This document shows, piece after piece, positions 39,201-49,505 of a DNA stretch of 64,000 nt. The DNA comes from Candidatus Marinacidobacterales bacterium. GTDB lineage: Bacteria; Acidobacteriota; Vicinamibacteria; Marinacidobacterales; DATDRI01. The number at the start of each line of letters is the position of its first letter. Positions within the stretch are counted from its first letter, which is position 1. The notes under the pieces are model-generated. The model saw nothing but the letters and a program-made list of their open reading frames with translations, did no database searches and was not told the DNA's origin. The stretch spans positions 2,848,001-2,912,000 of the forward strand of contig OZ245365.1 of NCBI GenBank assembly GCA_965226495.1, given 5' to 3'. Position numbers and translations under genes: made by a program.

Positions 39201-42200
39201 TCGATCGCGGTAAGACCAGATACATCGGTCAGCCCCGATGGAAGCTGCGCGGTGAGCGTCACGGCAGGCGGGGGTTGCGTGTCGATCTCGAGGATCATCG
39301 GCGGGGAGAAGGCACCGGGGATTGCCGCAGCGTCCCGCGCCTGAACTCTCCACTGATAGATGCTGCCAGCGGGCAGTGCCGACGCAGGTGTGAACGACGT
39401 GATCGCGGTGATGACGTCGATCGCGGTCCCCCCACTCGTAACGTTATCCACCACCAACCGGTAGCTGGCGGCGTCCGTCACAGCACTCCACTGGAAAGTC
39501 GGCGTCGTGTCGTTGGTCGCGTCGACGAGGGGGCTTAGCAGATTCGGCGCGGCGAGCACTCCCACGCAACCATCGAGAGAGACATCGTCCACGAAAAAGT
39601 TGGACAAAAACGGAAGACCGGTGGTCGTCGACTCGAAGCGTAGCGTGTGGCTTCCGCCGTCGGCGAAGGCGTCCACGTCGAGGGTAACTTGGGTGTAGCC
39701 GCCGGTGTAAGTGGCATCCCCCTCAAGAGCCGAGAAGATCTCTTGCCCATCGATGAGGACCCGCATATCGTCCACGCCGTTTCCGCTGGAGACATTGATC
39801 CAAAGGTAGAACGAGAGGGATGCCGCCCCGAGCGGAATGTTGACGGCCTGCTCGACGGAACCCTGTTCCACCGATTCATTCTTACCGCCAAACCAGATCC
39901 ACCAATCGCCGGTTCGGGCCGCGGTCACTCCGCAAATGTTGGGGTCGCAAAGCGGCGTCCCAAAGTTGGTCGAAACCTGCGCCCACGCAGGGCTGGCGGT
40001 GCCTCCTTCGAAGCTGCCGTCCGCGACTCTCTCGCTGCACTGACCGGCGGTGGTGAAAGACCAGACCGGTCCGGACACCTCGGTGCCCAAGGAATCCCGA
40101 CTGACGACTCTCCAATAGTACGTGGTGGTGAATTCGAGGAATCCGGGCACGAAGCTGCTTTCAGTTTGGTCGCTCGATAGGAGCGGTGGAGCGGGCGAGG
40201 TCCCGAAGTAGACGTCATAGGTCGAAGCTCCGGCGATCCAGGACAGCGTTGGGGTGTGATCCACTTCGACCGCTCCATCGACCGGCGATGGGGCACGGGG
40301 AGCAATGTCGCCCTGAAGCAAATCGACCCGAAAAGCCCCCCGGCCATGTGTGAAGGCGAAGAGTCTGGTTTGTGAAGCATCGAGCGCAAGCGTTTCCGTC
40401 ACCACGTTGGCAAAGCCGGTGTTCTCGACGGCCCAAGTGGCGCCCGCGTCAATCGAAGTGAAAACACCGAGATCGGTTCCCACATAAAGGCGGCTTCCCA
40501 CCGGAGCCGCCACCGGATCGACCACGATGGAATGGCTCGGTACGTCGGGGATGCCGGTGCTTCCTGAGCCATCTAAATCGACCCAGCTCGCACCGCCGTT
40601 GGTGCTCCTCCACACGTGCACGCCGCCGAACGTCGAATAGGTGGCGTACGCCGTCATTTCGTCCTCGGGATGAAACGCGAGAGACGACACGAATCCGCTC
40701 CTGGGCCGGGTGGACGGCCAGTCGGTCGTGGATGACGCGCCGAGGCCGACGTCGGTGCGATGTATACGCCCGTTGCTCAGCCCCACCAAAACGCGGTTGG
40801 GGTTCGTCGGAGCCACCGCCAGCGCACTCACGGTGCTCCCGAGCTGGGTGCTTGCTTGGAACCAGTTAGAGGCTCCATTTAGAGTGCGCCAGACAAACCG
40901 ACCTCCCGTCCACAACCGCTGAGAGTTACTCGGATCCATGATGAAGGGAGTAATGAAGAGACCGGAATCACTAATGCCGGTGGTGGCGCTCGAAAAGCTC
41001 GCCCCACCGTTGGTGGATTTCCGAATCGCCCAGTTCTGAAACTCCGCATACAGCACGTTGGTGTTGGTGGGGTCGACCGCCACATAGCCACCATCGCCCC
41101 CCATGATCGCCTGCCAGTTCTGCGCGCCGCCGGTGTCGTTACCTCGGATGGTGCCGTTGTCCTGAGTACCACCGAAGTAAGTTTGCCCATCCGGGTAAGG
41201 GGCACCATGGCCTTGGTGGTAGCCAGGTACGTGCCGTACTGCGTCACCCCGTAGTTATTGTTCAAATTGGACCAGACCACGTCGGAGCTCGAGCCCGAGC
41301 ATATGTTGAGGTCGGTCCCCGCTCTGGAATTAAGAGTCCGGTAAATGCCGCCGTCGTTTCCCGCGTAGAGTGTGGTGTTGGTCACTCCGTCGTAGTCGGG
41401 CGGAAACACTAAGGCGTGTTGATCGACGTGGGCGCTCCAGGACCGTTTCCCGCGTAGAGTGTGGTGTTGGTCACTCCGTCGTAGTCGGGCGGAAACACTA
41501 AGGCGTGTTGATCGACGTGGGCGCTCCGACCGGCAAAGCCCCAGTTCTGCCCGCCGTCATCGGAACGGAAGAGGTCGACCCCACCGCTCCAGACGATATC
41601 CGAATCCAGCGGATCTACCGCAATGACATTGTCGTACCAACCCTGATTGAAAAAGGAACTGGAGCACAAGGCAAACCAGCTGTTTGTCAGAAGCATCCTG
41701 TTCATAGGGGTCGGATCGTTGTTACGTACGCGAGCCGTCCAGGAACCTCCACCATCCGTGGAACGAAAGACCGCATGAAGACCGTAGAAGAACTGACCGG
41801 ACACACGGCTCGCCGAAAGCGCGTAGATCACATCCTCGTCGGAGGGTGCGATCGCCAACTCAGTCCGCCCCAACCCCGTTTCGGTCAACGATGCGGACCA
41901 CGCACCGCCGCCACCCGCATCCGAATTACGGTACACCGTCGCGTCATTGAACGTACCCCCGCAGGAAGCGAACACCACGTCGTTCGCCGAGTCGGTACGA
42001 GTCGCGAGATCCAGGCACCCGTTCGAGGTCTCGGGGTTTAGCACTTGGGACCAGCTGGTTCCACCATTCAGTGAACGCCAGACCCCGCTCCTCGTTGCCG
42101 CGTAGACTCGCTGCGAGCTGTTCGGGCTCACCACGACGGCGTTCACGTAATGAAAGCTCGAGTTGTTGGTGGAAGCGAGGTGGCTCCAACTCACCCCTCC

Positions 42201-42848
42201 GTCGGTCGTCTTGAAGATCCCCGCGCCACGGACCGCGTCGAAATTGAAAATGCCTTCACCCGTCCCGACATAGAGCACGCTGGAGTCATTTGGATCCATC
42301 GCCATCGACGCCACCGCCAAATTGGCCATCAGGTCATCGAGAGCCGACCAAGATGAGCCTCCGTTGATCGTCTTCCACACTCCCCCGGCCACGCCTCCGG
42401 CATACATCACGTCGGCATTTCCGGGGTCGATGACCAGGGCGCGAGTGCGCCCTCCGACGTTTCCGGGACCGAGCTCCTCCCAGGTGGAGAGCGCTTGCAT
42501 CGCGGAGGCGGTCATCCCTATTGGAGCCATGAGGTCGGACGCCGTGGAGTAAACCGACATGTTCCTCATTTGCCTCTGAGCACCCAAGTAGCGCTCCACT
42601 GGAACCGCCGTCTCCCCTACCGGAGCCCGCTTCGCCCGATAGTACTCTTGCGCCTCCGCCGGTTTATCGAATCGAGCCTTTCCCTTGACGAGCTTGCGTT
42701 CGAGGCTCGCCGGCTTGGAAACAGGCAGCACCGACGAAACCCTGATGACGCCGCCGCGACCCGGCACGTGAGGCGGATGGGTCATGGCAAGAGCGCAAAG
42801 GCTTCCATACACGAGAACGATGAAGCCCGGTCGGTTGCCTTTTTTCAT
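36265..42848 (-). pseudogene. Giant (~2,150 aa) secreted protein: Asp-box beta-propeller, jelly-roll, FN3 and three discoidin/F5-8-like domains; four ORF pieces in this sequence
   Basis: Collinear ORFs 41409-42848, 40879-41409, 37556-41104, 36265-37611; GPGNVGGRTRAL; many S/TxDGGxxW; FTHGRG; WDAP.DD..Y.RYS FN3 motifs; lesions at ~37620, ~41210-41236 and 41355-41527. Confidence 0.75.
41355..41527. repeat. Exact 84-bp direct repeat (41355-41438, 41444-41527)
   Basis: Identical copies separated by AGGAC; period 89 breaks the frame. Confidence 0.95.
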
Positions 42849-42970
42849 CTAGGCCTAGCGGTCGCGCGCGAGGGCGTTTTGTTACTTTGCTCCGCGGTAA
42901 CGCGGGAGGCAAAGCCACTCGGTTTCCACGTCATTCCATTTCGTCCTTCCGCGGGGTCGGGTATCTAGAC

Positions 42971-42986
42971 TGCAGATCCCGTGCCA
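42971..42986 (-). promoter_or_regulatory. Putative sigma54 promoter of the giant surface protein gene
   Basis: Minus strand TGGCAC-gggat-CTGCA (GG-N10-GC), ~120 bp upstream of ATG 42848. Confidence 0.6.
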
Positions 42987-43390
42987 CGGACCCCAACCAC
43001 CCTGTGCGTCTTGTCGGGCAAAGATGGTGTTTAGGTACCTCGCTAAGTCTATAGAATTGGGGAGCTTGTTGACAGAGCCACTAAGTCGACTTTTCTCATT
43101 CGGCCGGGCGTTTGCCCTCACTGAGGCGATCCCTATACCGGTTACAAATTTCGTCGGGTTCGCAGTGCTAACTTATTGCAAACAAGTGATTTCGATCACA
43201 CGGTGGAACGAATATGTGCTTGTAGCGATACCGACGGCGGCGGCCACCGGCCCCCTCCTCTACGGCTCCGTTGCTCCGCCGAGCGTTCAGACTGGATTGG
43301 CGGCGCTCTTTGTGGCAGGATACCCCCCGCAGTTCGTCTCTGGAATCACGGCGCGCTACGAAAGCGCCCGGTAGTAGAAACACGGGAGGG

Positions 43391-43999
43391 ATGACCTTGA
43401 AAATTCAACCATTCTTATTATTGCTTGGGTTCCTGATTGTTCCATTCGCCGTTCATGGGCAAGAGGAGGGCGAAGCCGCGGCCGAGGCCGAAGCCGAGGC
43501 CGAAGCCGCGCCCGCTGTGGAACCGCTGGTCGAAGCCGTCACGGGCGGCCAGCTTCGCGAAGTCCGTCGTCTCTTGAAAGAGGGTGCCGACCCTAACGTC
43601 ACAACCCAGGGTGGGACGCCGTTGCTCACATACGCGTCACTTCACGGTCTCGAAAACGTCGCGAAAGAACTCATCGGTGCCCAGGTCGATCTGAACGCTC
43701 AGAACCGAGCCGGCGCTACCGCTCTGATGTACGCCGCGCAGTTTAAGCACAACGGTGTCGTGGAAGCTCTCATTAAAGGCGGAACCGATGTGAACGCGAC
43801 CGATAGTGTGGGCTGGACACCGCTCATATACGCCGTCGTGGGAGGAAACGTCGCGGCCGTCACGGCCCTCCTCGAGGCAGGAGCAGACGTCAATACGACT
43901 GGCTTGTTTGGTCGCACCGCGGAACAAATCGCCGAGACTCGAGGGAACGCCGACGTCATCGAAGCTCTCAACCCGCCGCCGACGCCGTCCGGTTCGTGA
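43391..43999 (+). CDS. Exported ankyrin-repeat protein
   Basis: GGAGG RBS before ATG 43391; signal peptide; Ala/Glu linker; GTPLL, GATALMYAA, GWTPLIYA, GADVN. Confidence 0.9.
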   Translation: MTLKIQPFLLLLGFLIVPFAVHGQEEGEAAAEAEAEAEAAPAVEPLVEAVTGGQLREVRRLLKEGADPNVTTQGGTPLLTYASLHGLENVAKELIGAQVDLNAQNRAGATALMYAAQFKHNGVVEALIKGGTDVNATDSVGWTPLIYAVVGGNVAAVTALLEAGADVNTTGLFGRTAEQIAETRGNADVIEALNPPPTPSGS

Positions 44000-44029
44000 A
44001 AACCGGCGGCGGCTCGGTTGGCAGTCGTC

Positions 44030-44390
44030 TCAGAAGAATACGCTGACCGAGAAATAAACGGTCGTTGCCGCGAGATCGTACTCGGACGGTAGACCGCCGC
44101 TCGGCGTGAGCTCATCGTCACCAACCCCCACGAAAACACCGCCCATCACCGTGGCTTCATCGCTCGCCGAATAAACAACACTCGGCGACAGTAGTGAGCT
44201 CGGATCGTTGAGATTCAAGAGCCACAAGAACGACAAGCTCCACAAGGGGTGAAGCTGGTACTGGGCCTGGCTCGCGATCTCATCCCGACCCAACACCTGA
44301 AGCTCTCCCCTCTGAAACGCGAGGGGCATAAAAACGTCGGCGTATTCTTCCGGACTCGCGGCACCGTTTGGGGTGTAAACGGGGCGGCTG
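44030..44390 (-). pseudogene. C-terminal remnant of a probable outer-membrane beta-barrel protein
   Basis: Amphipathic strands ending ..VYFSVSVFF (terminal Phe); no signal peptide or upstream body in the window. Confidence 0.45.
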
Positions 44391-44553
44391 AACAGATATC
44401 ATGGAACTCTTCGGGATGCAGTTGGAATAATGGAACAGGAGACTAAAATCGCCTCACCCGGCGTAAAACTCCCTTGATAACGGCGCGACATGTCATGACG
44501 CCAAGCAGTTTCCGCGGCGGGAGAGAGTTTAAAGGACGAGGAGACTATCAATA

Positions 44554-45570
44554 GTGGGACCAACTGTACTGGTATGGCTTCAGTTCGCCTTCTGCGTCCT
44601 TCTGATCGGGGTGGCGGGAAGCAGGCTTTGCCGCTACGGAGACGTCATCGCCGAGAAGACCGGGCTCAGCGGCACTTGGATCGGGGTAGTCATGTTGGCC
44701 ACCGTAACCTCCCTACCGGAGCTCGCCACCGGGATCAGCGCCGTCTCCTTCGCCAACACGCCGGATCTTGCGGTAGGAGACGTATTGGGAAGTTGCGTCT
44801 TCAATCTCTTCATCATCTTTCTCTTGGATTTCCTGCATCGCAAGGAATCCGTCTACACCCGCGCCAGTCAAGGACACATACTCTCGGCCGGCTTCGGCAT
44901 CATGATGCTCGGTTTCGCGGGTTTCAGTCTTCTGGTCTCCGCGCAGGGCCAGGTGGTACGCATCGGCCACGTGGGTCTCTACTCTCCGCTCATCTTGGTC
45001 CTCTACGTTCTAGCCATGCGAACCGTATTCCGCTACGAGCACGCCCACAGAAAAGAATCCACCGAGCAGGTCGCGGAAATCTATGGTCACCTTTCCTTAC
45101 AGCACGCGGTCATCGGCTATTCTGTGGCGGCGGCGGTCGTCGTAGGAGCGGGAATCTGGCTTCCCTTCATTGGAAAAGGGCTCGCCGATCTGATGGGTTG
45201 GGAGACGACGTTCGTTGGCACTTTGTTCGTGGCCTTCGCGACATCGGTGCCAGAAATGGTCGTTACCCTGGCCGCGTTGCGACTCGGTGCCCTCGACATG
45301 GCCTTGGGCAACATCCTCGGTAGCAACTTGTTCAACGTTGCCATCCTGGCCGTGGACGATATCCTCTACCTTCCCGGTCCACTCCTCGATCACGTTTCGT
45401 CCATTCACAGTGCCTCTGCAATGTCAGCCATCATGATGTCTGGGATTGCGATCGTTGGCTTGCTGTACAGGCCTAAGACGAACTTGTTCCGAAGGGTGGG
45501 ATGGATCAGCCTCTCCTTGTTGTTCGTCTACCTGCTGAACTCCTACGTTATCTACCTATTCGAGAGTTGA
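44554..45570 (+). CDS. Sodium:calcium antiporter (CaCA/YrbG-like)
   Basis: Alpha repeats TSLPEL..GDVLGSCVFN and TSVPEM..GNILGSNLFN. Confidence 0.9.
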   Translation: MGPTVLVWLQFAFCVLLIGVAGSRLCRYGDVIAEKTGLSGTWIGVVMLATVTSLPELATGISAVSFANTPDLAVGDVLGSCVFNLFIIFLLDFLHRKESVYTRASQGHILSAGFGIMMLGFAGFSLLVSAQGQVVRIGHVGLYSPLILVLYVLAMRTVFRYEHAHRKESTEQVAEIYGHLSLQHAVIGYSVAAAVVVGAGIWLPFIGKGLADLMGWETTFVGTLFVAFATSVPEMVVTLAALRLGALDMALGNILGSNLFNVAILAVDDILYLPGPLLDHVSSIHSASAMSAIMMSGIAIVGLLYRPKTNLFRRVGWISLSLLFVYLLNSYVIYLFES

Positions 45571-45591
45571 GTATCGTGAAGGGGTGGGTTT

Positions 45592-46728
45592 ATGACCAAT
45601 GAGAAGGAAACAGCCGAGGACTCCCGTCGACCTAAGGTTGTGTTTTACTCGTTCCTGATCCTCCTCTTTTTTGTCTTCTTCCTCGCGTTCATCGTTTTCC
45701 GACACTTCTTGGTAACCGTCGCGGTTTCCGCGTCGGTAGCCGCGCTACTCGGCCCTGTCTACGACCGGCTAACCCACGCTCTGCGCGGCCGGAGATCTCT
45801 ATCTGCGGCGCTCATGGTCGCTCTCACCACCGTTGTCATACTCGTGCCCCTTCTGACCTATGTCATCTTGCTGAGTAATCAGGCAATCGATTTCTACGAA
45901 TGGGTTCGGCCCAAGCTGGAAGCCGACGCGCTCCGGCAACTTTGGAGCCAGGGTCTACCAGCTCGTTACCCGTGGGTCCTCAGAGTGCAGGAAGCGTTCC
46001 AGCTGACCGAGCTCGACCAAAACCGTATTATGGAGCTCGTCTCACCCGCGCTCAGCCAGCTTGCTTCGGGGGCGAATCGCATCATACAAGGGGCGGTCGC
46101 TGGTGTTACTTCGGCACTACTCTATCTAATACTGTTTCTCATTACGCTTTTTTTCATCCTGCGCGACGGAGAAGCCCTGGCCGGAGAGCTCAAAGGAGTT
46201 TCCCCCGTGTCGACGGCGCAATCCCACGAAATATATGAGCGCCTGACGAAAACTGTCAAGGCGGTGCTATATGCGATGGTCGTGGTTCCAGTGGCGCAAG
46301 GACTACTCGCGATGCTCGGCTTCAAGATTTTCGGCCTCCCTTCGCCGCTGTTCTGGGGAACGATGTTGATCTTCGCCGCGGTCATTCCTGGGATCGGCTC
46401 ACCGTTGGTATGGATTCCCGCTACAATATACCTCTTGGTCGCCGGGCCTCTGTGGCAAGGGATCGGGATGCTTCTCTACGGCACGTTCGTCATCAGTACG
46501 TCCGACAACATCATCAAACCAATCCTTCTTCACGAGACGGCCCAGATTCACCCGCTCCTCGCCTTCTTCTCGATTCTGGGCGGCATCCTTTCTTTTGGAC
46601 TCATCGGCTTTCTCGTGGGGCCCGTGATTTTGTCTCTAATGCTCTCCGCGATACGGATTTATCGGATGGATATTCTGCGAGCCCCCTCGGGGACGATGAC
46701 TCCCCCTGCCCAGGCACCTGCCAAATAG
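45592..46728 (+). CDS. AI-2E family transporter
   Basis: FFILRDG; AQGLLA; IPGIGSPLVWIP; DNIIKP; GFLVGP. Confidence 0.9.
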   Translation: MTNEKETAEDSRRPKVVFYSFLILLFFVFFLAFIVFRHFLVTVAVSASVAALLGPVYDRLTHALRGRRSLSAALMVALTTVVILVPLLTYVILLSNQAIDFYEWVRPKLEADALRQLWSQGLPARYPWVLRVQEAFQLTELDQNRIMELVSPALSQLASGANRIIQGAVAGVTSALLYLILFLITLFFILRDGEALAGELKGVSPVSTAQSHEIYERLTKTVKAVLYAMVVVPVAQGLLAMLGFKIFGLPSPLFWGTMLIFAAVIPGIGSPLVWIPATIYLLVAGPLWQGIGMLLYGTFVISTSDNIIKPILLHETAQIHPLLAFFSILGGILSFGLIGFLVGPVILSLMLSAIRIYRMDILRAPSGTMTPPAQAPAK

Positions 46729-46878
46729 CGTGAAGCGTGGCTAGCCGTGTAACCAGAGCTCAGCGGTCGTCCCATCTCCTTGGCAGCTGCAAACTCCCCA
46801 AATGTTGCGCCATCGCAAGACGCTCTTGCGACGATACGGCCCCGATCATAGAATGCGCCGCGAGACCAAAAACTAGCT

Positions 46879-47529
46879 ATGCTGCATGACGTCATCGAAA
46901 AGCTCTCCAATCATCCCGGCCTTTTCCTCTTTTGTCGGGGACTGCTGGAGGGAAACTTTCGGACCATTCGGCGTACCATCCATGAGCAGCTACCCGACCA
47001 GGAAGGCCGCAAGGTGCTGGATGTGGCGTGTGGACCGGGGGCCTTTTCCGAGCTCTTCCCTGCGGAAAAGTACGTAGGGGTGGACATGAATCAACGCTAC
47101 ATCGACTACGCTCGGCTTCATTACAAGGGGACGTTCCACGTAATGGATGCGCGGAGACTCGAGTTCGAAGCGGACACCTTCGATGATGTGTTGGTCTACG
47201 GCCTGCTTCACCACTTGAACGACGAGGATGCTCGAGCGGTTCTGGGCGGCATCGCCCGTGCTCTGAAACCGGCCGGCCGAGCCCTGATCATCGAGGACGT
47301 TCCTACCGAATCACGTCTCAACTTGATCGGACACCTGCTGCATCGCATAGAGAACGGCCACTTCATCCGTACCGCCGAGGAGTACCGCATCTTGTTGAGT
47401 GATCATCTCGAAAAGCAAGGCGAGCGGTTCTTCCGCAGTGGCTTCTGTGACTACTATATGGCGAGCCTCACCCGCGAAGGAGTGCCGTCCACAGCTGCGG
47501 CCCCCGTCCGAGCCACACCCTCCCCATGA
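46879..47529 (+). CDS. Class I SAM-dependent methyltransferase
   Basis: VLDVACGPG, GVD, FDDV..LHHL, LKPAG; ATGA overlap with next gene. Confidence 0.9.
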   Translation: MLHDVIEKLSNHPGLFLFCRGLLEGNFRTIRRTIHEQLPDQEGRKVLDVACGPGAFSELFPAEKYVGVDMNQRYIDYARLHYKGTFHVMDARRLEFEADTFDDVLVYGLLHHLNDEDARAVLGGIARALKPAGRALIIEDVPTESRLNLIGHLLHRIENGHFIRTAEEYRILLSDHLEKQGERFFRSGFCDYYMASLTREGVPSTAAAPVRATPSP

Positions 47530-49505
47530 AGGCTGAGGTCCGACGCGCGGGCCTTTTGCTGGTTGCAGCATCGATACTCTTCCTTCTCGCCTATCAGGCC
47601 CCGACCGATCTCTTCTTCGACTTCGGACCCAACGACCGGGACTACGTCACCGGCTTTCGCGAAGACTTCGAGGTCGATGAGCCGACTCTGATCCATTGGA
47701 CCCTCCGACGCGGACGGGTGCGACTTCCCGTCGTCCTGCCGAACGGTCCCTTCGAGATCTCCTTTCGCTATAAGCGCCACATCGCTCTGCCCGCCGAAAC
47801 CACTCTTTTCGTCGCTAACGAGCAGGTCGCTCGCTTCCCAGTGCCGCAACAAGATTTCCTCGTTCGGAAGGTGACGGTCTCAGAAAACCCGCGACCCTGG
47901 GCACCGCTCGACATCGTATTTCTCTCCCAATCTTCAGATCCCAGACCGCTCGGCCTGGCCCTCGACTGGCTACGGATCCTACCTTCCGGTCCGGTGCTAC
48001 CGGCGCCGGCCGGCTTCCTTTATTTGCTGGGAACGGTTCTCGGCTTGTACGTATTTCCTCGTCTCATTGGATTCTCGTCGAAGGCGTCGCTGAGCATCGC
48101 GGCGGGTGGAGCCGTCGCCCTTGCCATAGGAACCGCCTATCACAAGCTGGCCTGGGTTCAAGCTTCCACGCAGTTAGGACTCCGTCCACACGTCATTTCG
48201 TTCATCGTGGTTGCATTCTTCTTAGTGCGCCGGCGAAATCAGAATTCTGCCTTCTCACATCCGCTGGCCCGGTGGGCAATGCTGGCGTTCTACTTGGGGA
48301 CGACGCTTCGCTTGCTCGCCTTGTTTCACCCGGATTTCTACTACCCCGACGTGCGGACCCACTCCAAGTTTGTCTCCATTATTTGGACCGAGGGCCTCAC
48401 CGGCTTCTTCGTGGATCACATTCCAAATCAGCACCGTCATCTACTTGGGCTTCAGCGGGTAGGGGAAGAGTGGAAGGCGTTCCCCTATCCTCCGCTGCTG
48501 TATCTCTCCATCTATCCTCTCAGTCTTCTTCGGCTCCCGGTCGAGGATTGGATGAAGATCGTCCCCACCGTGCTTGCCGGCATCGAGGGACTCATCGTCT
48601 ACGTGATGGCGCTCCGACTCGGCGCATCGTCCCGCGCCGCGGTAGCAGCAAGTTGGATTCACGCAACCGCACCGCTTCTTGCGTTTCGCCTCACCGTGGC
48701 ATCCTACGCCGCACTCTTCGGTCACTTTTGGGACATGCTGGTCGCTCTCTATTTGCTCCTCCTATTCGGACGGATGGAGCGAGCCAAGATTGGAATAGGC
48801 CTGGCGTTACTCGTCGCGCTGTCGATCCTTTCGTATGCCGGCAGCGTCCTCGTCCTTGGCCTCTTCGTACCGGCCTTCGCTGTCTCGGTGGCTTTCCGAC
48901 ACCGGGAAAAGATCGACATCCGGCGCGCGATCCGCGTCGGCCTCTGGGCTTTGGCGGGCGCTTTGTCGGCGATCGTCCTCTTTTACAGCCAGTACATCCC
49001 GGAGCTACTGCCTCAAGGTTTGAGTCAAGTTGCCCAAACCTCATCCGGGGGAGCCTTGATCGAGCTCCGCGTCACACCGATAGCTGCACTTCAGATGACC
49101 GTTCACCGATTGTTTCTGTTCTACGGACCGTTGTTCGGTATTCTGGTCTTCGCCGGATGGTACGTGGCACGCGGGCACCTTACGCACCGCCTGGCCTTCC
49201 CCCTCGCACTCGGGACGGTCTTCACTTTCCTTGGGCTCAACTTCTTGCGATCGGGACTCGGCGGGACCCACATCTTTCAGTTCACGAAGGACGATTTGGT
49301 GCTGTTGCCGATGGCGGCGATCGTGCTCAGCAACCTCATGGACGTCGCAGCCAACCGATCTCGAGCCGGAAAGGTTGTTGCCGCGGGCCTACTTGCCGGG
49401 TGGATAGGATGGGGCACTTTCGCACTCGCACGCGACGTTCAATCACGTTTCATCAGGCCCGATTATCCGCCTTCCGCGTCGGCCACCACTTTTCCCCCAA
49501 AGTGA
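47526..49505 (+). CDS. Multi-pass membrane protein, GT-C-like, with N-terminal extracytoplasmic domain
   Basis: Soluble domain (GFRE.FE..HWT; DPRPLGLALDW); FYYPDVRTH; FPYPPLLY; many TM segments. Confidence 0.6.
   Translation: MKAEVRRAGLLLVAASILFLLAYQAPTDLFFDFGPNDRDYVTGFREDFEVDEPTLIHWTLRRGRVRLPVVLPNGPFEISFRYKRHIALPAETTLFVANEQVARFPVPQQDFLVRKVTVSENPRPWAPLDIVFLSQSSDPRPLGLALDWLRILPSGPVLPAPAGFLYLLGTVLGLYVFPRLIGFSSKASLSIAAGGAVALAIGTAYHKLAWVQASTQLGLRPHVISFIVVAFFLVRRRNQNSAFSHPLARWAMLAFYLGTTLRLLALFHPDFYYPDVRTHSKFVSIIWTEGLTGFFVDHIPNQHRHLLGLQRVGEEWKAFPYPPLLYLSIYPLSLLRLPVEDWMKIVPTVLAGIEGLIVYVMALRLGASSRAAVAASWIHATAPLLAFRLTVASYAALFGHFWDMLVALYLLLLFGRMERAKIGIGLALLVALSILSYAGSVLVLGLFVPAFAVSVAFRHREKIDIRRAIRVGLWALAGALSAIVLFYSQYIPELLPQGLSQVAQTSSGGALIELRVTPIAALQMTVHRLFLFYGPLFGILVFAGWYVARGHLTHRLAFPLALGTVFTFLGLNFLRSGLGGTHIFQFTKDDLVLLPMAAIVLSNLMDVAANRSRAGKVVAAGLLAGWIGWGTFALARDVQSRFIRPDYPPSASATTFPPK

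Noticed and set aside
43000-43390. Possible riboswitch or small ORFs upstream of the ankyrin gene
   Set aside because: Only short GC hairpins; no known consensus; the sigma54-like TGGAAC box has the wrong spacing.
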